Shown one piece after another: positions 40,501 to 54,800 of a DNA stretch of 64,000 nucleotides. Source of the DNA: Ascidiella aspersa (Eukaryota); NCBI GenBank assembly GCA_963924565.1, contig OZ004608.1, forward strand, positions 33,480,001 to 33,544,000, read 5' to 3'. Below the pieces are notes generated by a model, which did no database searches, was not told the DNA's origin, and was given only the letters and a program-made list of their open reading frames with translations. A program made the position numbers and the translations under genes. Numbering within the stretch: the first letter of the stretch is position 1; every line of letters starts with the position of its first letter.

Positions 40501-43500
40501 TAATATACGCGTCAGCGGAGCAGTGATCGACTGGCTAAAACCTGCCGCCGATGGTTTTCGATTCTATAAAGATACACCCTATTGTTAAATATGTAAATTG
40601 GGATTTTTGGTAGGCAGATGTCAATCAGTAATATCAGCGCACAAGTTTTCAATAAAAATATTTTCACCTTGAAGAAGGTTGTTCCTCATGTTCAGGTTCC
40701 TCTGGTTCAGGTTCCTCCGGTTCAGGTTCCTCCGGTAAATCAAGAACTTCATTTTTCATCAGACTTACAGCCTTGGTAACATTCTTTGCCAGAGTAACTT
40801 GTTGGGCAACATGTAAAATAACCTCAGATTTCTGGAAACAATTAAATTTTATAACCGACAAAATTAGGTAATTTTCTATTATAAAAAAATTGTTTTAAAC
40901 TATAGGTTTTAAAAGTTCTAAATTCCTCGTGGCTTGAAAAACAACAAAACTACATATGCTTTTTTTTCTAAACAACATATCCTGTTATAGTAAATTTACC
41001 CATATAACTGGATCATAAGTATCTTCAATTTCTGGTTCCTCTATAATTTCAACCTCGCTTTCACTTGATATTGATGGCGTTACAACAGGAGAAGTTCCAA
41101 ATGTTGGTAGTTTAAAATCTTTAAAAGGTAAATTGAAATGATTGAATAACAAGGAAATTTAACATAACAGAGCATCTTTTCATTTCATCACTTTGCTTTA
41201 AATCAGACTGTGAAATTAAGTTGTACACAACTGATATTAAAATCACACATATTTTGTGATTTTTCTATTTTTTAACAATGCTGTGGCAGTAACCATTTCT
41301 GTAGTCATTATTTGTCTTAGAGGTTTTTAGTGCTGGGTTTGCATAGAAAATGTCAGGCAATTGTACGAAGATTTCACGATCAGAAGAAAATAACAAAGAG
41401 AATCTTTTTTTATTTTATAACTTTAAACAGTGCTGCAAAATTAGTTTCGAACAACCTGAGCACAACTGTTATCAAAACACACATATTTTGTGATTTTTTT
41501 ATAACAATACTGTGGCTGTGACCTTTTCTGTAGTCATTATCCATCTTTGAGGTTTTTAGTGCTGGGTTTGCACTGAAAAATGCCAGGCAATTGTATGAAG
41601 AGGCTGGGGATAGGTAAACATCGGTCGGAGCATGTTCGGACAATGAGCTGCATGAGGATTTGTCCTGCATAGAAGAGTTTGCCAATTTCGGTTTGTGTTC
41701 TTGAGAAGAAAATTTTTCTGTGTTACTGCACAGAATATTCTTTTTTAAGCTTTTTTATGATAAAAACATATTAAACAGATTGTACCACAAGTATAATAAA
41801 TGTACACAGTTTTTCCTGGAATTAAATACATAATAATTCGTCTGGTTAACAAATTGTTAGGTATAGAAGTAAAAAACAACCTTAAACAATCTTGTTCTTT
41901 TTATTCTCGTTTTAAATTTTAGCTTAATTTTTATTATAGATTCATGAAAATAGAACCCCATGTGGTTATCATATACACAGAAAGAAACTGTAATGATGCC
42001 AATGTAATGCAGCACATGAAGTAATACCTCTTCTTTTGCATTTTTAGCATCGGTTGCATACTTTCCCAAGTCCTCAACAGTAACAAACTTATATGGAACC
42101 AGGTATTTTTGCATGTCTAATGGCTCATCATCAAAATCATTATACTTTGAATCACGCTTGAAAGCTGGATCTTCATATATTTCAGATTCTACAAGGGTTG
42201 AATATGAAGAGCACAGTAAAATAAATTTAAAATGGGCAAAAAAAATGCTTCTAAAATGCACTGACCATGGAAGCAGATATACTGCTTTGTGAATTAAAGG
42301 CAAGCATATGAGTTCTAAATTGAAAAATTATGAGTGTGCAAATGACAACATGCTTAATTGAAGCTACTAATATATGATATGACATGCAGTTAAACAATGT
42401 TTTCGAATATTTAAAGGTACTGGGGACCATACCACAATCAATAGTTTCCATGCTGTCTTCTGTCATGCATCCAAGGTGCGAGGAAACAGTTTCGTGGTGT
42501 ATGATAAAAACATGCCTTTTCCAGCCCACTAGCAAGTCACCGAGTGAATTAAGAAACACACAGGCGGAAAGCGATTCATCAAGAACCAACTCATTGAGCA
42601 GGGTTTTTTCAAAATCCCAAATTTTTAAAGTGCCATCCAAGCTTTATGAAGAGTTTGGTGAAAATGAAATATTATTTGCGTGCAGATTAGTATTGCTTAT
42701 CAGTAGAGATGTCCAACATAAGGGAGATGATTCTGAATACCAAGTGCTATAATCTCTACCCTTATCCAAATACCAAATTTATATTGGAATTTAAGCCATG
42801 AATGGTGATCCAATGCAATGATTTCGTCATTGAAAGGTAAATTTATTAAAAAATAGTAGGTTAAAAACTGGATGTAACTAAACGTCTTAATGCTAAGGAA
42901 ATTTTGGCCTAACGGAAAATTCTTTCACATTTTAAATTTACTTATTTTGTTTGCTTGGTCATAGTGAATTTAAAGTATTGGACATCTCTACTTATCAGTT
43001 ACATGCAGCATGCAAATCAAGTTAACTAAGGAAAGCAACTAAGGCAAAGATCATCTTTAATGATAATTATATAGATGAAATGCAAAATGATGATCCATGC
43101 TTATCAATTAAAGGATGACGGAAAAAAATAACTTCATTATTTATTGAATGAAAGAATGACATTGTAAAAAATTCATGCATTCCTGAAAATTGAGACATTT
43201 TTACACAATTTTGTTTACCATTGCTTGCACACAAAAAACAGACCTGCAGGAGCAAAAGATTTTTCTTCCGGTGCACTCTTTTATGTCAATAACTGGTGCC
43301 TTATGATCAAGCGCAGATATGTCCTTATTAAAAGATCCGTTTTCGAGTGTCATGCCTGAAGGCTGTATATTTATAACTTGGCCAGGGCTGTTTCCTATTT
43401 CACTTTGGCTTTCCATCTGGCTATCTGGAAAATATGAAAAAACATAAGGTAACAAACATAGCTCTCAATGGTACTGTGTGTCACTATTAAACATTGACAT

Positions 43501-46500
43501 GATGTATTTTGCTCCTGTAAAAAAGCTATTGGCAAAAAATCCTGTAAAAACTATTGGCAAAAATAAAAATAAATGCCATAACATAAAGTAAACTTGTTCA
43601 TTGATTAGGGTTGTCTGGTTGTCATCTGACTATAAAAACAATTGTAATCGAAAACATAAGCCTCTCTTCATAAAATTCAATAACAAAAGCTAAAAGCATC
43701 CCATTACATATCTATATAGTAAAGATTTAACGATCTGGTTAGAAGGCCTTACTTACTCCTGGAATTTAGTTTCTTCACTGTTAACTTGCCACTATGATGT
43801 CCCAAGACAAACAAGTCCATAAAGAATGAGTAGCACGTAAAGTCGGCTTCAAGGGTGAATTTGAAAAGCTGACACCAATCGGGTAGACCCCATATCTGCA
43901 AAAAACATTTACTGCATCAAAATAATATATATAAAATAAACTGCAAAAAAACATACAATTTTTTAATTTTGTTTTTAACAAAGCTGTTTGTATTAACATA
44001 TATTTTAGAAGCGATTAATAATTATTTATCAACAATTTTTGTTTTGTTGAAAAACATTTACTGTTATTATACAATTTATGAAACACATATCGAATATTTA
44101 TTTATTATAATAGAATTTGTTGAATATAATATACTTCGGTATTTTGCAATTATATGTGTTTTAAAAAAGGACAATGAAAGAGTCAGTGTTCTGTAACACG
44201 GCTTAATTTTTTACGGAATTTAACCTGAATAATCTTTTCAAGATGTGAGCATAGTGTGAGGATTTTGTCGGAGCCATGTTGTTGCTTTATGTCCTCCACC
44301 TCTCCGACACTTATGTTCATCTCGAAGTATTTGAAACCTCTTGTTTTCTCATCCATAAATAACAACTTGCCATTGGCAAGACCAAGTGCTAACAAGTTCC
44401 TGTTGGCAAATCAAAATATTAAAAACAAATATAAAAAGGTAGGTTAAATAACTGGCAGAAAAGTTATACATGGTCAGAAATATTTTTAGGGTCACAGCTG
44501 TCAACTAATTTGGTGATATAGAAATTTTCAATATGTACTTTCAGAAGATCCTATAGATTTTAGAACTATTTTTACATAAAGATTCCATAGAACTATTTTT
44601 ACAAAAATTAAAGTAAGATAAAACAAATTTTTATAAATATTTTCCTAATTTATTGCATATTTTACAAATTATAATGTACATTTATACAATAAATAGATTA
44701 TTCAATTAAAAAAATATACATGTTTGGCTCAAACTTTTCTTGTTATACACTAAATTTAATAAACTACATTCAAAATAAATGACATAATAAAGAGGTTTAA
44801 AACTTTTTCTAAAATTTCTAAGGAAAATTTCTAAGGAAATTTCTAAAATGGCAGGCACTCTGTTGCCAAACAGAAGAGTTGATAACTGAGGTAGCAATAA
44901 AAATTTACCAACCTAGACCTTGCCGTACATTTTCCAGACTCTCCATGAAATGCAAAACCCTTGGATGAAGAAACACAAAGCAATGATCTGCATTCACTGG
45001 CTTGTCCATCCGAGTATTCTGCGTGCTGTGGCCTGTTCATAACCTGCTTACCTAGCTTCATTCTAATTGGAGATTTGGATTTTGTTACAGTATTTGTATT
45101 TTCCTGATTGATTTGGCTGCTGTCATTGAGGCTTTGTATCTTTTCAACGTCCCACTCAGCAATTCTAAAAGAAATGAAAAATTAACTATTAGGAAATCTT
45201 AAAGGTAGGGTTACATAATTGACTAGCACAATGGTTCTAATCCAGGGGATCACGAGAGGTTGTTTGGAGGGTCGCCTTGTGCTATTTGCTAAGTGCGTAA
45301 TTGACAAAAATGATCAATATAAACAAAAACAATCTGTCAAGAAATGTAAACATTTTTCCGAATTGCATATGATTGTGATATGGTAATGTGTAACATACAA
45401 AAAATGGGGGATCACATAGGTTTTCAAAAACTTTAAAAGGGGTCGCGAAAACAAAAAGGTTAAGAACCACTGGACTAGCAGGTCAACATATGAACAACAT
45501 ATGTTTACTCATTTGTTAGACTTAACCTAATTATAAAAATAAAATGACTTCAAAAGGGAAGTTGTTTTTAACTATTCATAGTTTTACTTTATTTCAGTTG
45601 GTGTTCTTTCTTTATAGGTAAAATTACACTTTGTACCTGCATGCTGGATCGGTTTTGGCTGTGTAAACCCATATCTTGCAGGGATTTATCAGTACAAAAA
45701 ACAAGTTATTGTGTCTGCTGTATGTGACCGAAAACACAACATCTTCTAAAGATACAACCGGTGGAGGCAAAACGGTGCAGAGCACGTTGGATTCCGATGT
45801 CGTCTGTCTGAATAGTCGTATGCTTCCTGTTTTTCAAGGTAAAAAACAAAATATAATACAAAACACTACTTGGGATTGTGGTTGTAGGTGGGTAAAATAA
45901 TTAAAAAAAAACAATTTAAAAGATACACGCTATGCTATTCATTGCTTACAATTTACAGTTGGCAGCCTTATCGGTTTTCGGCGTTTTACTGCGAATGCAC
46001 TGGATTTAACAACTAAAAACTATAATGTGAAGTTCATCTTTAAAGGAATATGTAACATAATAATAGGACACAATTTGATGTGAGAAAGTCAAATAACAAA
46101 ATATTAAAATCCTTTGTTTATCAAGAATTCAATAACATGTTGTGCTGATTTAGTTTTAAGCTCTAACCAAACTCAATAAAAAGTTTAATAATTACCATCA
46201 TATCCAGTGGACAATATCCTGCTTGATTTGTTGTAATCTGAAACAGATTGCAGATTTGCCACGCTACATCTCATCTGTCCCCAGAAGTCAGCAATCGGGT
46301 TGAACTTATAAATAGCAATCTAAATCAAAGATCTGGAGTTAAATGAGAAAGCAAATTTAACTTTTCCATGAAAAAAATTTAAGTTTCCATTTATGTAATC
46401 AATTTGTGCCTTTGGTATAACATAGAGTCCAAAAGACTATGCCTTTGTATAGTATGGAAATGAGACGTGTTTCATAGTGGTATGGAAGAACATTAAGTTT

Positions 46501-49335
46501 AAGGGAAAAAAACAAAAAAGACATCTTGGAATTTTTAAGATTTTGTATCCCATTTCCATTATTAAATATGGTGGTGTAGCGCACGGCTATAATTTACCGA
46601 CTAAGAGATTGTGTTCTAGTAACTTTTGTGATGTATTTGCTTATGCCACAGATTTATTGCCTACTCGCTCCAAAGTGCTAAGTACTAGTAGTTACTGGCT
46701 TGCATTATCTCTGTGCTGTCAACTCAGGGATTTGTGTACTTCTTACGACCGCTTTCCGCTTGTATGAAGGAACCACTTCTCAGTTAACGTGTTGTGCGGT
46801 TGACAGCGCTGTGCTGTTCACAGCGCTGTGTTGTTAACAGTGTTGATTGTCCGCCTTCTATAGTTTCAACTGGGTGTTTCGCTTATCAGATAATACAATT
46901 AATAATCACCAGAGGTATTGTGGTTGGCTTACGAGTTATACGCACGCAACCTTCAAGCAACCTTAAAACGAGAGTCAGAAACTTCAACTACTAATCTCGT
47001 GCCCCACAGTGGATCCCATTATTAAAGATGGTATAAAATGCTTTAACCGTAAAACTAGTGTTAGCGTATTTCACCTCTCGAACAGTTGCACACCACAGAT
47101 TACCGCTTGGTGTGATTCCCATCCAGTCAATGCCATCACTGAACACATTATAGTTGTACAATTGCTCCAGCACTGTCAGAGACCAAACTTTTACTGTTCC
47201 GTCCAGTGAAGATGACATAACAAAACCGCTGGAATGTGGGTGGACCACAACACTGAGAACAGATAAGCAAGAAATTAGTATTTATTGTGAATTAATTTGG
47301 GAGATTGATGCACTGTTTTTATCCTCGTTTTTAGGAACTGAAACAGTTGCTCAAAGATTTTTAGCTGTTTGTCATAATTAGGCTACTTCTTTAATTACAG
47401 CAGAGAATTAGCAGTTAGTCATTATTTATTCAAGAAAAACTCTAAAGAAAACTGATTTCATCTAAATCTCTACATTTATAGAAATTTGTAGACCAGACCG
47501 ATTCTTAAAATCATATGTTTATTATTAACAGCAACAAAGTCTAGCAAGGATTATAAAAAAAATATATTTTTTTAAATATTTTATTTTTACAAGGTAAATA
47601 TTACCTAGTCACTGGCCTTGAATGTCCTCTAAATGTGCAAATGTGACCGCCAGTGCTGCTCCAAACTTTAATCTCTGAATCCATACTACCAGTTATTATC
47701 AGACGTCCCTTAAGCCAGTAAGCAATGCAAGACACAGGTCCATCATGAGCCCTACCATCATTGAGGTGATTAGGTGTTAGGATAAAACTATGAGTTCAAA
47801 ACTCATTGTTCAAAAGTTTTCAGTGAATTTATTAAAAGGAGTATTTCTTGCAAAGCTGTGCCAAAAGTCATTCTTTTCAAAAGATTCATAAATGTGAGAT
47901 ATCTTTCTAACTATGTTCAAGTTATGTTGGATGCTTTACCTGTGGCTCCTCTATTTAAACTGTCCAGTTTAAAACATAAATAATCATAACAAGGGTCACA
48001 TAATAAAACTTGCATTTTAGTTATTTACTTAGGCCTTACTTTTCATATTAAAGGTGTAATAAGACCCAGTTTAAATTTAATATATATACCTATTAAGTTG
48101 CCAAAGCAGTTTCATGTTTTCACAGTCATGTACATGAAATCCAACTTCGGAACAAAAAAACACCTGCTGAATTTCCTCCATTAAGTAAATGTTAGTGCAC
48201 CAAGATCCACCAACTGTAGTGTGATGACCGCTTAGAATAAGGCTAAACAATAAAATATTTGTTTTTAAAAATGAAGTATTACGAAAACTATAAGTGATGT
48301 AAATAAAATAGTTTATTAAGTAAAATAACAAAAGCGTTAAGTGGTGTAGGTAACAAATCAGAAAAGAGTTAAAAAAATTTAAGATAGCAAAAACAATAAG
48401 TGATGTGGCTAACAACACAAGAAAGGCAAAATTTATAAAAAAAAATTAAGATTGCATAAAATATGAGTGGTGTTAATAGCAAGACAATTTAACTATATTA
48501 TCGTTCATTTTATACATAATTTGCTATAATGCTAAATTTATACCTGTAATTAGCCATTGGTTTTATTTTATTGAATTTAGATGTAACCACTTGTTTATAT
48601 TCCCAAACATTTGTTCCGCGAAGGCCGGTTGTTATAAGCTCATTTCTCTTAGAATTGAACACCATGTGCAAAATGGATCGAATATTCGGACTTTCTGCTT
48701 TGCAAATCACCTCAAAGTTTTTGTTGTAAACCTAAAAATTTTATTTTCTAAAACGCGTTGTAACACTCATTTAGTATAACCTACAAAAATGAATATGGAC
48801 TGACTTTTTAAATATGCTAAATTACAGACAAAAAACTACACCAAGTTTTAAGTGATAATTTAGCAATAATTTATGTTCAAGTAACACTCACCTGCAGTGT
48901 AAAATCACTGCAAATTGCAAAATACACATTATGTTTTTCACAAAACACTATATTGCGCAAAAGCCGGTTCTGGTATTTTGGAAATGTAAGCTCTTGTGTA
49001 AAATTGAGAGACTTTTCCGGAGACCATGATGAAATACCACGGCCATCAACAATTATAAATCTACAAAAGAAAAAAATACTATAATTTAGACATGAATGGT
49101 AAATGAAATTATATGTATTGCAATAAAATCTGTTTTTACTAAATGGAAAGATTTCTTTGTTCCATGCAATGGACAAAAATTGGTAAGGTTACAATATATA
49201 AAATTAAAGTATATTATAATTAACTTACTTTTTTAGGAGTGAATTAAATGTTACACAGATAATATCTGTTTGCCTAGAGCTTTGAGTATGTTGACCTAAG
49301 GTTTGAAAACCAAATGCTGTAATTTCATTCCTCAT
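28594..49335 (-). CDS. Large WD40-repeat protein (WDR87/WDR97-like) with a long low-complexity C-terminal half; more than 25 exons
   Basis: ATG at 49335. WD repeats include FVMSSSLDGTVKVWS, FCSCSLDGTLKIWDF and LALGLANGKLLF. The exon chain from 39840 through 36361-36481, 34980, 34804, 34091, 33890, 33549, 32807, 32005, 31004 and 29913 runs to a terminal exon ending TAA at 28594; phases were checked for most junctions. The subfamily assignment is tentative. Confidence 0.75.
29394..29851. repeat. GACTT-rich MITE-like repeat; related fragments near 2690-2780 and 52360-52430
   Basis: Repeated gacttgacttg units with imperfect inverted ends cagtggtgtaa / ttaccagactg. Confidence 0.5.
37374..39171 (+). 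CDS. Class A (rhodopsin-like) GPCR, about 380 aa, 6 exons, nested antisense in a WD40-gene intron
   Basis: Exons 37374-37605, 37816-37987, 38064-38259, 38393-~38573, 38637-38755 and 38929-39171. Hydrophobic TM segments, WCK..AFISIERY (E/DRY), an ECL2 Cys, YVLMWTP (CWxP-like) and SNALVSPLIYAVMNRRF (NPxxY-like plus helix 8). The exon 4 donor is weak and uncertain. Confidence 0.88.
42704..42990. mobile_element. hAT-type MITE
   Basis: TIR TAGAGATGTCCAA / TTGGACATCTCTA with a perfect TSD CTTATCAG. Confidence 0.88.
45229..45472. mobile_element. hAT-type MITE
   Basis: Ends CAATGGTTCT / AGAACCACTG with a perfect TSD GACTAGCA. Confidence 0.85.
46575..47008 (-). mobile_element. Solo LTR (Gypsy-like by its 4-bp TSD), 434 bp
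   Basis: TGT..GCAC / GTGC..ACA termini, TSD GTGG on both sides, and minus-strand AATAAA at 46653-46658. Confidence 0.72.
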
Positions 49336-51850
49336 TTTATAGCTGTGTCACGGTGTTTACTTGTTTTGTTAGTCAAATAAACAAACAAACGACTTGGAAA
49401 TCTATTTTTACAATCTGTTGTTTTATCACAAACGGCATGTTGTTCGTTTCTATAAACGCGCATTCACTAAGCTACGCTTGACTGATCATCCGTAAATTTT
49501 TCATGGTTAACGCAACTGTTATGTAATTTTGAATGTTTATTTTCAAAATCAATGCAATGATTCTATCAATACCGATATAACACACATATGCCTTGATTTT
49601 ATGCTGACAGATAATAAGGAATATTTAATTAAAGCAACACTTTTGAAATATCAACATTACGTTTTCAACCTTTCAACCACAAACATTTTACGGAGTAACC
49701 TAAAAAAATTGGAAATGTTGTTGCTAAAAGGCTCTCATTTACAGTTAAGTCACAAATATAATTATTAATAAAATGTTTGCCATAGTTGATTTAGTTAAGA
49801 ATTTGCCAGGACATGACAGGAATTTCCGCGTTACACTTTGCATCCGTGAGTTAATATACACTTTTTTTGACAAATCCAGCTTTGTGGCGAAATAAGAAAA
49901 GGTTGTTTGGTTACAATGAAATAAAGAACTGTTAAATATGCTCCCTTAGTACATCATTAGCGCCGCTATATGTGGATATCGAAACTGCTGTGAATGTATC
50001 TGACATGTTTATGAACGACAGATAAAATCTTTTAAATGATAAAAAATCGATATAATTGTAATTAATTATCACCACACCATTTGATAAAACAACTTTGACT
50101 TTTTTTCTTCTTGGACGGGTGTGTTTAAAAAAATGATTATAGAGAAATATTTGGACTACTCCTAACCTTTTTGACAAATGGAATATAGTAAAATACAAAA
50201 CTGCCAAGAATGATGTCATAAATATGTGCATCAACTGGAGGTTTAATTAGCATTTCAATACATAAAGCACATTTAGGAGACAGAATAAACCCTTACACAT
50301 CCTAACTGCCACGCCCTAGTTACGCCCCTGGATCCAGTCTAGAGTACACGCTTGTTATAAATCGATGCCAGCGAAAGCGCTTTGAAGAAGAGGCAACGGA
50401 AATCAGGCAAAACGAGAAAGGTCGGTTTCTTTGCTTTTATATTTCACGCATTCACAGCGTTTTGTTTCTACAAGAAGGGCTTGAACAGAATTACGACACA
50501 GACGAGCAAGGTGTTGCCAAGAAAGGCCAAGGCGGCGGGGTGATAATATAAACAGCCGCCTTACACGGAGGTAAATTGCCTAAAATCACGAACACATAGC
50601 GACACATGCGCGAACAGGGCCCGAATGCTTGACCTATAAGTTAATTGTACAAGACGTATTTTTTTTTAAATAACTGGTAAAAGGTTGATGAATGATACAC
50701 ACATATAGAGATCTTAGCACAAGCTTAAGTACGAAAAATTTTGGATGTAATTTTTAATTAGATATACCGGAAGATTAGCGACGCGTTTGTTACTTTAGCA
50801 AAAAAATTACCTTAAAAAAATATGGAAAATTTCTCTGTGTTGCAGTTTAAAGATTTTTTTTCTTGTTTACCAAGCGACGCTTTACAAATCTACACGTCGG
50901 CGAAAATCCAAAATGGGACTACATTGCGAGAAATTTCTTAGATAAAAACATGTAAAATCGCAAGTGACAGGAAACTTTTTTATTTGCGTCAGTCTTACTT
51001 TAACAACAGACACTTTGGGCCCTGCGGGGAAACACCAATCGATACCCACCAACACCCCAAACGGGACAAGTTGTGAACACGCGACGCTGTAAATAGGAAT
51101 GTCTGATACTACTTCTATTATCCGATAGTATTTCGATAGCCGAGACATTATATTTTGTTAAAGTATTGGTGCTCGCCTTATCCTTAGGTAGTATTGCCGC
51201 CAATTTTGAAGTCGTTTCGCAATTAAAACCAACATTTTTTAAATTGTAAAATATTTATTTTTAGAAAAAAATTACACTTAAAGGTTTTGAAGATTGCTAA
51301 TTAGAATTGATAACATCGCATTGGCGTATTGCAATTTTGCCTATTTTTACAATTATAAATATGTCACATTTTGTAATAAAACCATTGGTAAAACTTTTCA
51401 TAGTATGTTGTTTTAAAAAACAACTAGATAATTTTTATAAAATCATTGGTGTATGATGGATAAACAAAAGTTTGTTAATATTAACTGTGCAAATGAGGCA
51501 TTTAAAATAGGGTAGGAAGACCGTATTTCTGACCAATACAGTATCGAAACAAAAAATACTCAGCATCGGACGTTAACATCGGGTAGGGAGACGGACTTTT
51601 GCCAACAAGCTATCGAAGCAAATAGGTAGTACCGGACATCCCTATACAGTCGTGATAACAATGAGCGCGCAAAAGGGCGCCGGGGGAGAAAAAGGTGACA
51701 ATGACGCGAGCCGAAAAACAAGGAGAAGCGGTGGTTTACTGAAGGAAAAAGGAGCGAGGAAGAAAGAATACGCAAAAACGACGAGAAAAAGTAAAACTAG
51801 ACGCACAGGGATTTGCACTTGACGCGAGAAGAGGTGGTTTAAGGGGAGCT

Positions 51851-54800
51851 TTATGCGTCGTAGTCTGGGTGCTCCTCGATAATGAGCGAGTCCTGTGGGT
51901 AGATTTTGTTTGCTTCGAGGCTCGTGCTGAGGTCCAGCGACGATACCTGCGTTGAATTTTTTTCTAGGGTTTAGCTATCTGCTTTTAAAAGTAGGTTATA
52001 TGCACATTTACCTAATTTAAAGTTTGCTTAGGAAAAATAGAAGCTACAACATGGATTAACATATGGTTAAAGTTGTGTTTTGGTCTTGAAATAAGTCACC
52101 TTTTTATTAATTAGAGATACTGTGCCGACTGGTTGTAAGGATTGAGTTCGATTTTTGTTGTTTCTGTCTATTCTTTTGCCCCGCACTTGGTTAAAAAAAT
52201 GTATGTGATGAATGAAAATGTTTTTCATAAAACATTTTTTTACAAAATTTGAGTATTTATTTCAATTTGCGCTAAAACAAATTGATAACTGCATAATATT
52301 GTGTTGATGTTGTTCTAAATTTACCAATTGGCTCAACGATTTATTTTAATGCCAATGTCTTGACTGAATTGACCTGTTTTACAAATGACATGACTGGGAC
52401 TTCGGTCATTTAAAATTTACTTGTTTACAAGACAGGTTTCTACCTGCCCGACTATACCTACAGTCCTACACTAAGCGATTACGAATAGCCAACAGTCTAA
52501 CGTCATTCCCACAACTCACGTTCACTTTAGGCCACGATTTGAGGATGCGGTACTGTCCCTCGGGGAATCCCATGGATCCAACGTAGTTGACCAAGTCCTG
52601 GAGGGTATTTGTGGCCAGGAAGGACCGCATCAGGGTCTTACCGTCTGGGCAGCGGAACCGGACGCGGCTCACCTGGTTAAATAGGGTAAACAACGTTTAA
52701 AAAAACAAAAAAGGTATAAAACGCCGGCTGGTGACGATACCCGATGCCAAATTGTAGTATCATTACTCGTCCGATACTAGGGTGGCATCGGTACTGATCT
52801 ACCAATTTATACCAATTTACCAAAAAATTTCAGCCATGATTGGCAAATCAACGCAGCGTGGGTGCTACGACATATGTCGTATGAACGCTATCATAAAAAT
52901 GTGTTAAACCGTAAACATTGCGACACAGTAGACGCGTGATCATTCAAGAAAAAAAATATCATTCGAATGTGAGTACTAATTAAAAACAATAACTAGCAAC
53001 TTAATTTAGCCCAGCCCGCGGCTTATTTTAATAAAACTTTAATGCCTTCAGGTTTTTTCTTAAATTATATTGTCCATTGAATTACACCTGTATACCATTA
53101 TTACCAATTCCTACTCTTATCAGCTTGTCAAAATAAAGATATTTAAAGCATTCTTTTCAAAAGAAGTCACACATTATATAACAAATAATAATGTATTTCA
53201 GATCCCATTTTTGACCAGCAGGCCCTACACGACACTTTTTATAGTAACGTAATATAAAAACGGAAAAAATGAAATAATGGCAGTATGAAAAAGTACGAGC
53301 CACATACCGATACTTGAAAAGTACATAATAAACATACGTACAAGGTTTGCCAGATTGGCTTTTTTGACAACCAATTTCACAAAGCTGGCCTTTTTTCAAA
53401 GTGGTTGATGTCAGGAAAATCATTAGGCTTTTAATGCTAAAACTTGCCAAAACTGTTATGCATACGTTTTTTCGAAACCTTTTTTGCTTAAATATTAAAA
53501 TAATAAATCATTTCAATATGGGTCATTGTTTATAAACTGTGTTTGCATGAATATATTTTTATTGCACTTTATGTGTGAGCACGCTTAGACATAATAAAAA
53601 CATGACATTTAATCCCATTTTTCGATATATTGTGTACTAGAAGTTAGATTTTGTAATAAAAATGAGCATTTTTGGATGGTGTGAACGTGTAATGTAACTC
53701 ATATGACGACACTAGTTGTTTTGAACCTCACGAGAGCTTGATACTAACTGTGACTTTTTATCATACCAATCAACCATGGAGTAGCCTATATTTAAACGAA
53801 AGGTAACGTGCGGTACCGGTCCGCGGACCAGCGATTGCCGACTCCTGGTGTAGAGCCTTGTCATTACGGCAAAAATATAAAGTTTTGTGTCGAACTTTAT
53901 TAACTTGATCGTTAAACAAAGAAAATATAAATAATTCTGTAATAAAAAATAGAGCAATAAATTGTCGTTTAATTTTATCAAAATGAAGTTTCCAATTACG
54001 TGCGACGTTATTTTCAACTGTACTTTATTTTCAGTAGGCGAATATGCCGCGGGCCAATAGAATTAGTTTTGCAGGCCGTAGTTTGGTGACCCCTGGCCTG
54101 GAAGCCAGATCAATGAAAAAACATCACCACTCAAAAAATATTCGCACGAAAAACTGACGAACTACTAAGAGTAGAAATATATATATAAAAGCCCATACAG
54201 AAGTAGGTAGCATTTTGAAATCTTGATGGAATTGAAAATCATTGGGAGCAGGTTTCTGCTTGTCGGTCACTGTTCCGCTGACACGTACATAAACAATAAA
54301 ACTCAAAGTTTAAAAACCCGAGTACAACCAAAATCAGACATTTTTTGAACGTTTTACTTGAATGAGGAACTGACGACGCCAGTATTAGGCGAAATATATG
54401 TTCTTTAAAAAATGTATGAACCCGGTTTTACTCGTGTTTTTAAACTTTGAGTTTTATTGTTTGTATGTTGCTCTAAACTCTAAAGAACTACTGCTTTACT
54501 AATAAATATGCTGTTGTTGCAAGGCATTGTTTCCATTTACAACTGTTCTTCCGTCAAAATTCTATTAAAGTGCCAATGTTTCGACTACCTATTCGGGCAA
54601 TCTTCTTCAGGGCAATTTGCAACTTAATCCATACCTTTTCGCCGCAACCGGTCTCCGGTTCGGGAGGAACGATTGATTTGAGTCGGTCGACCTTCTCCTG
54701 CCTCTGTTGCTCCTCATCTTGCCTCTTCTTCTCTTCATATTCCAGGAGACGAACCTGCTCTTCCTCGGCTAAAAGCTGCGACGGAAGAAAGACGAGTTAA

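Noticed and set aside
46557-47032. 17-bp TSD of a LINE/SINE
   Set aside because: Better explained as a local tandem duplication interrupted by a TG..CA element with a 4-bp TSD.
50680-50730. C/D scaRNA with U2 complementarity (TTGATGA..GATCTTAGC)
   Set aside because: Only a 9-nt match and no D box after it.
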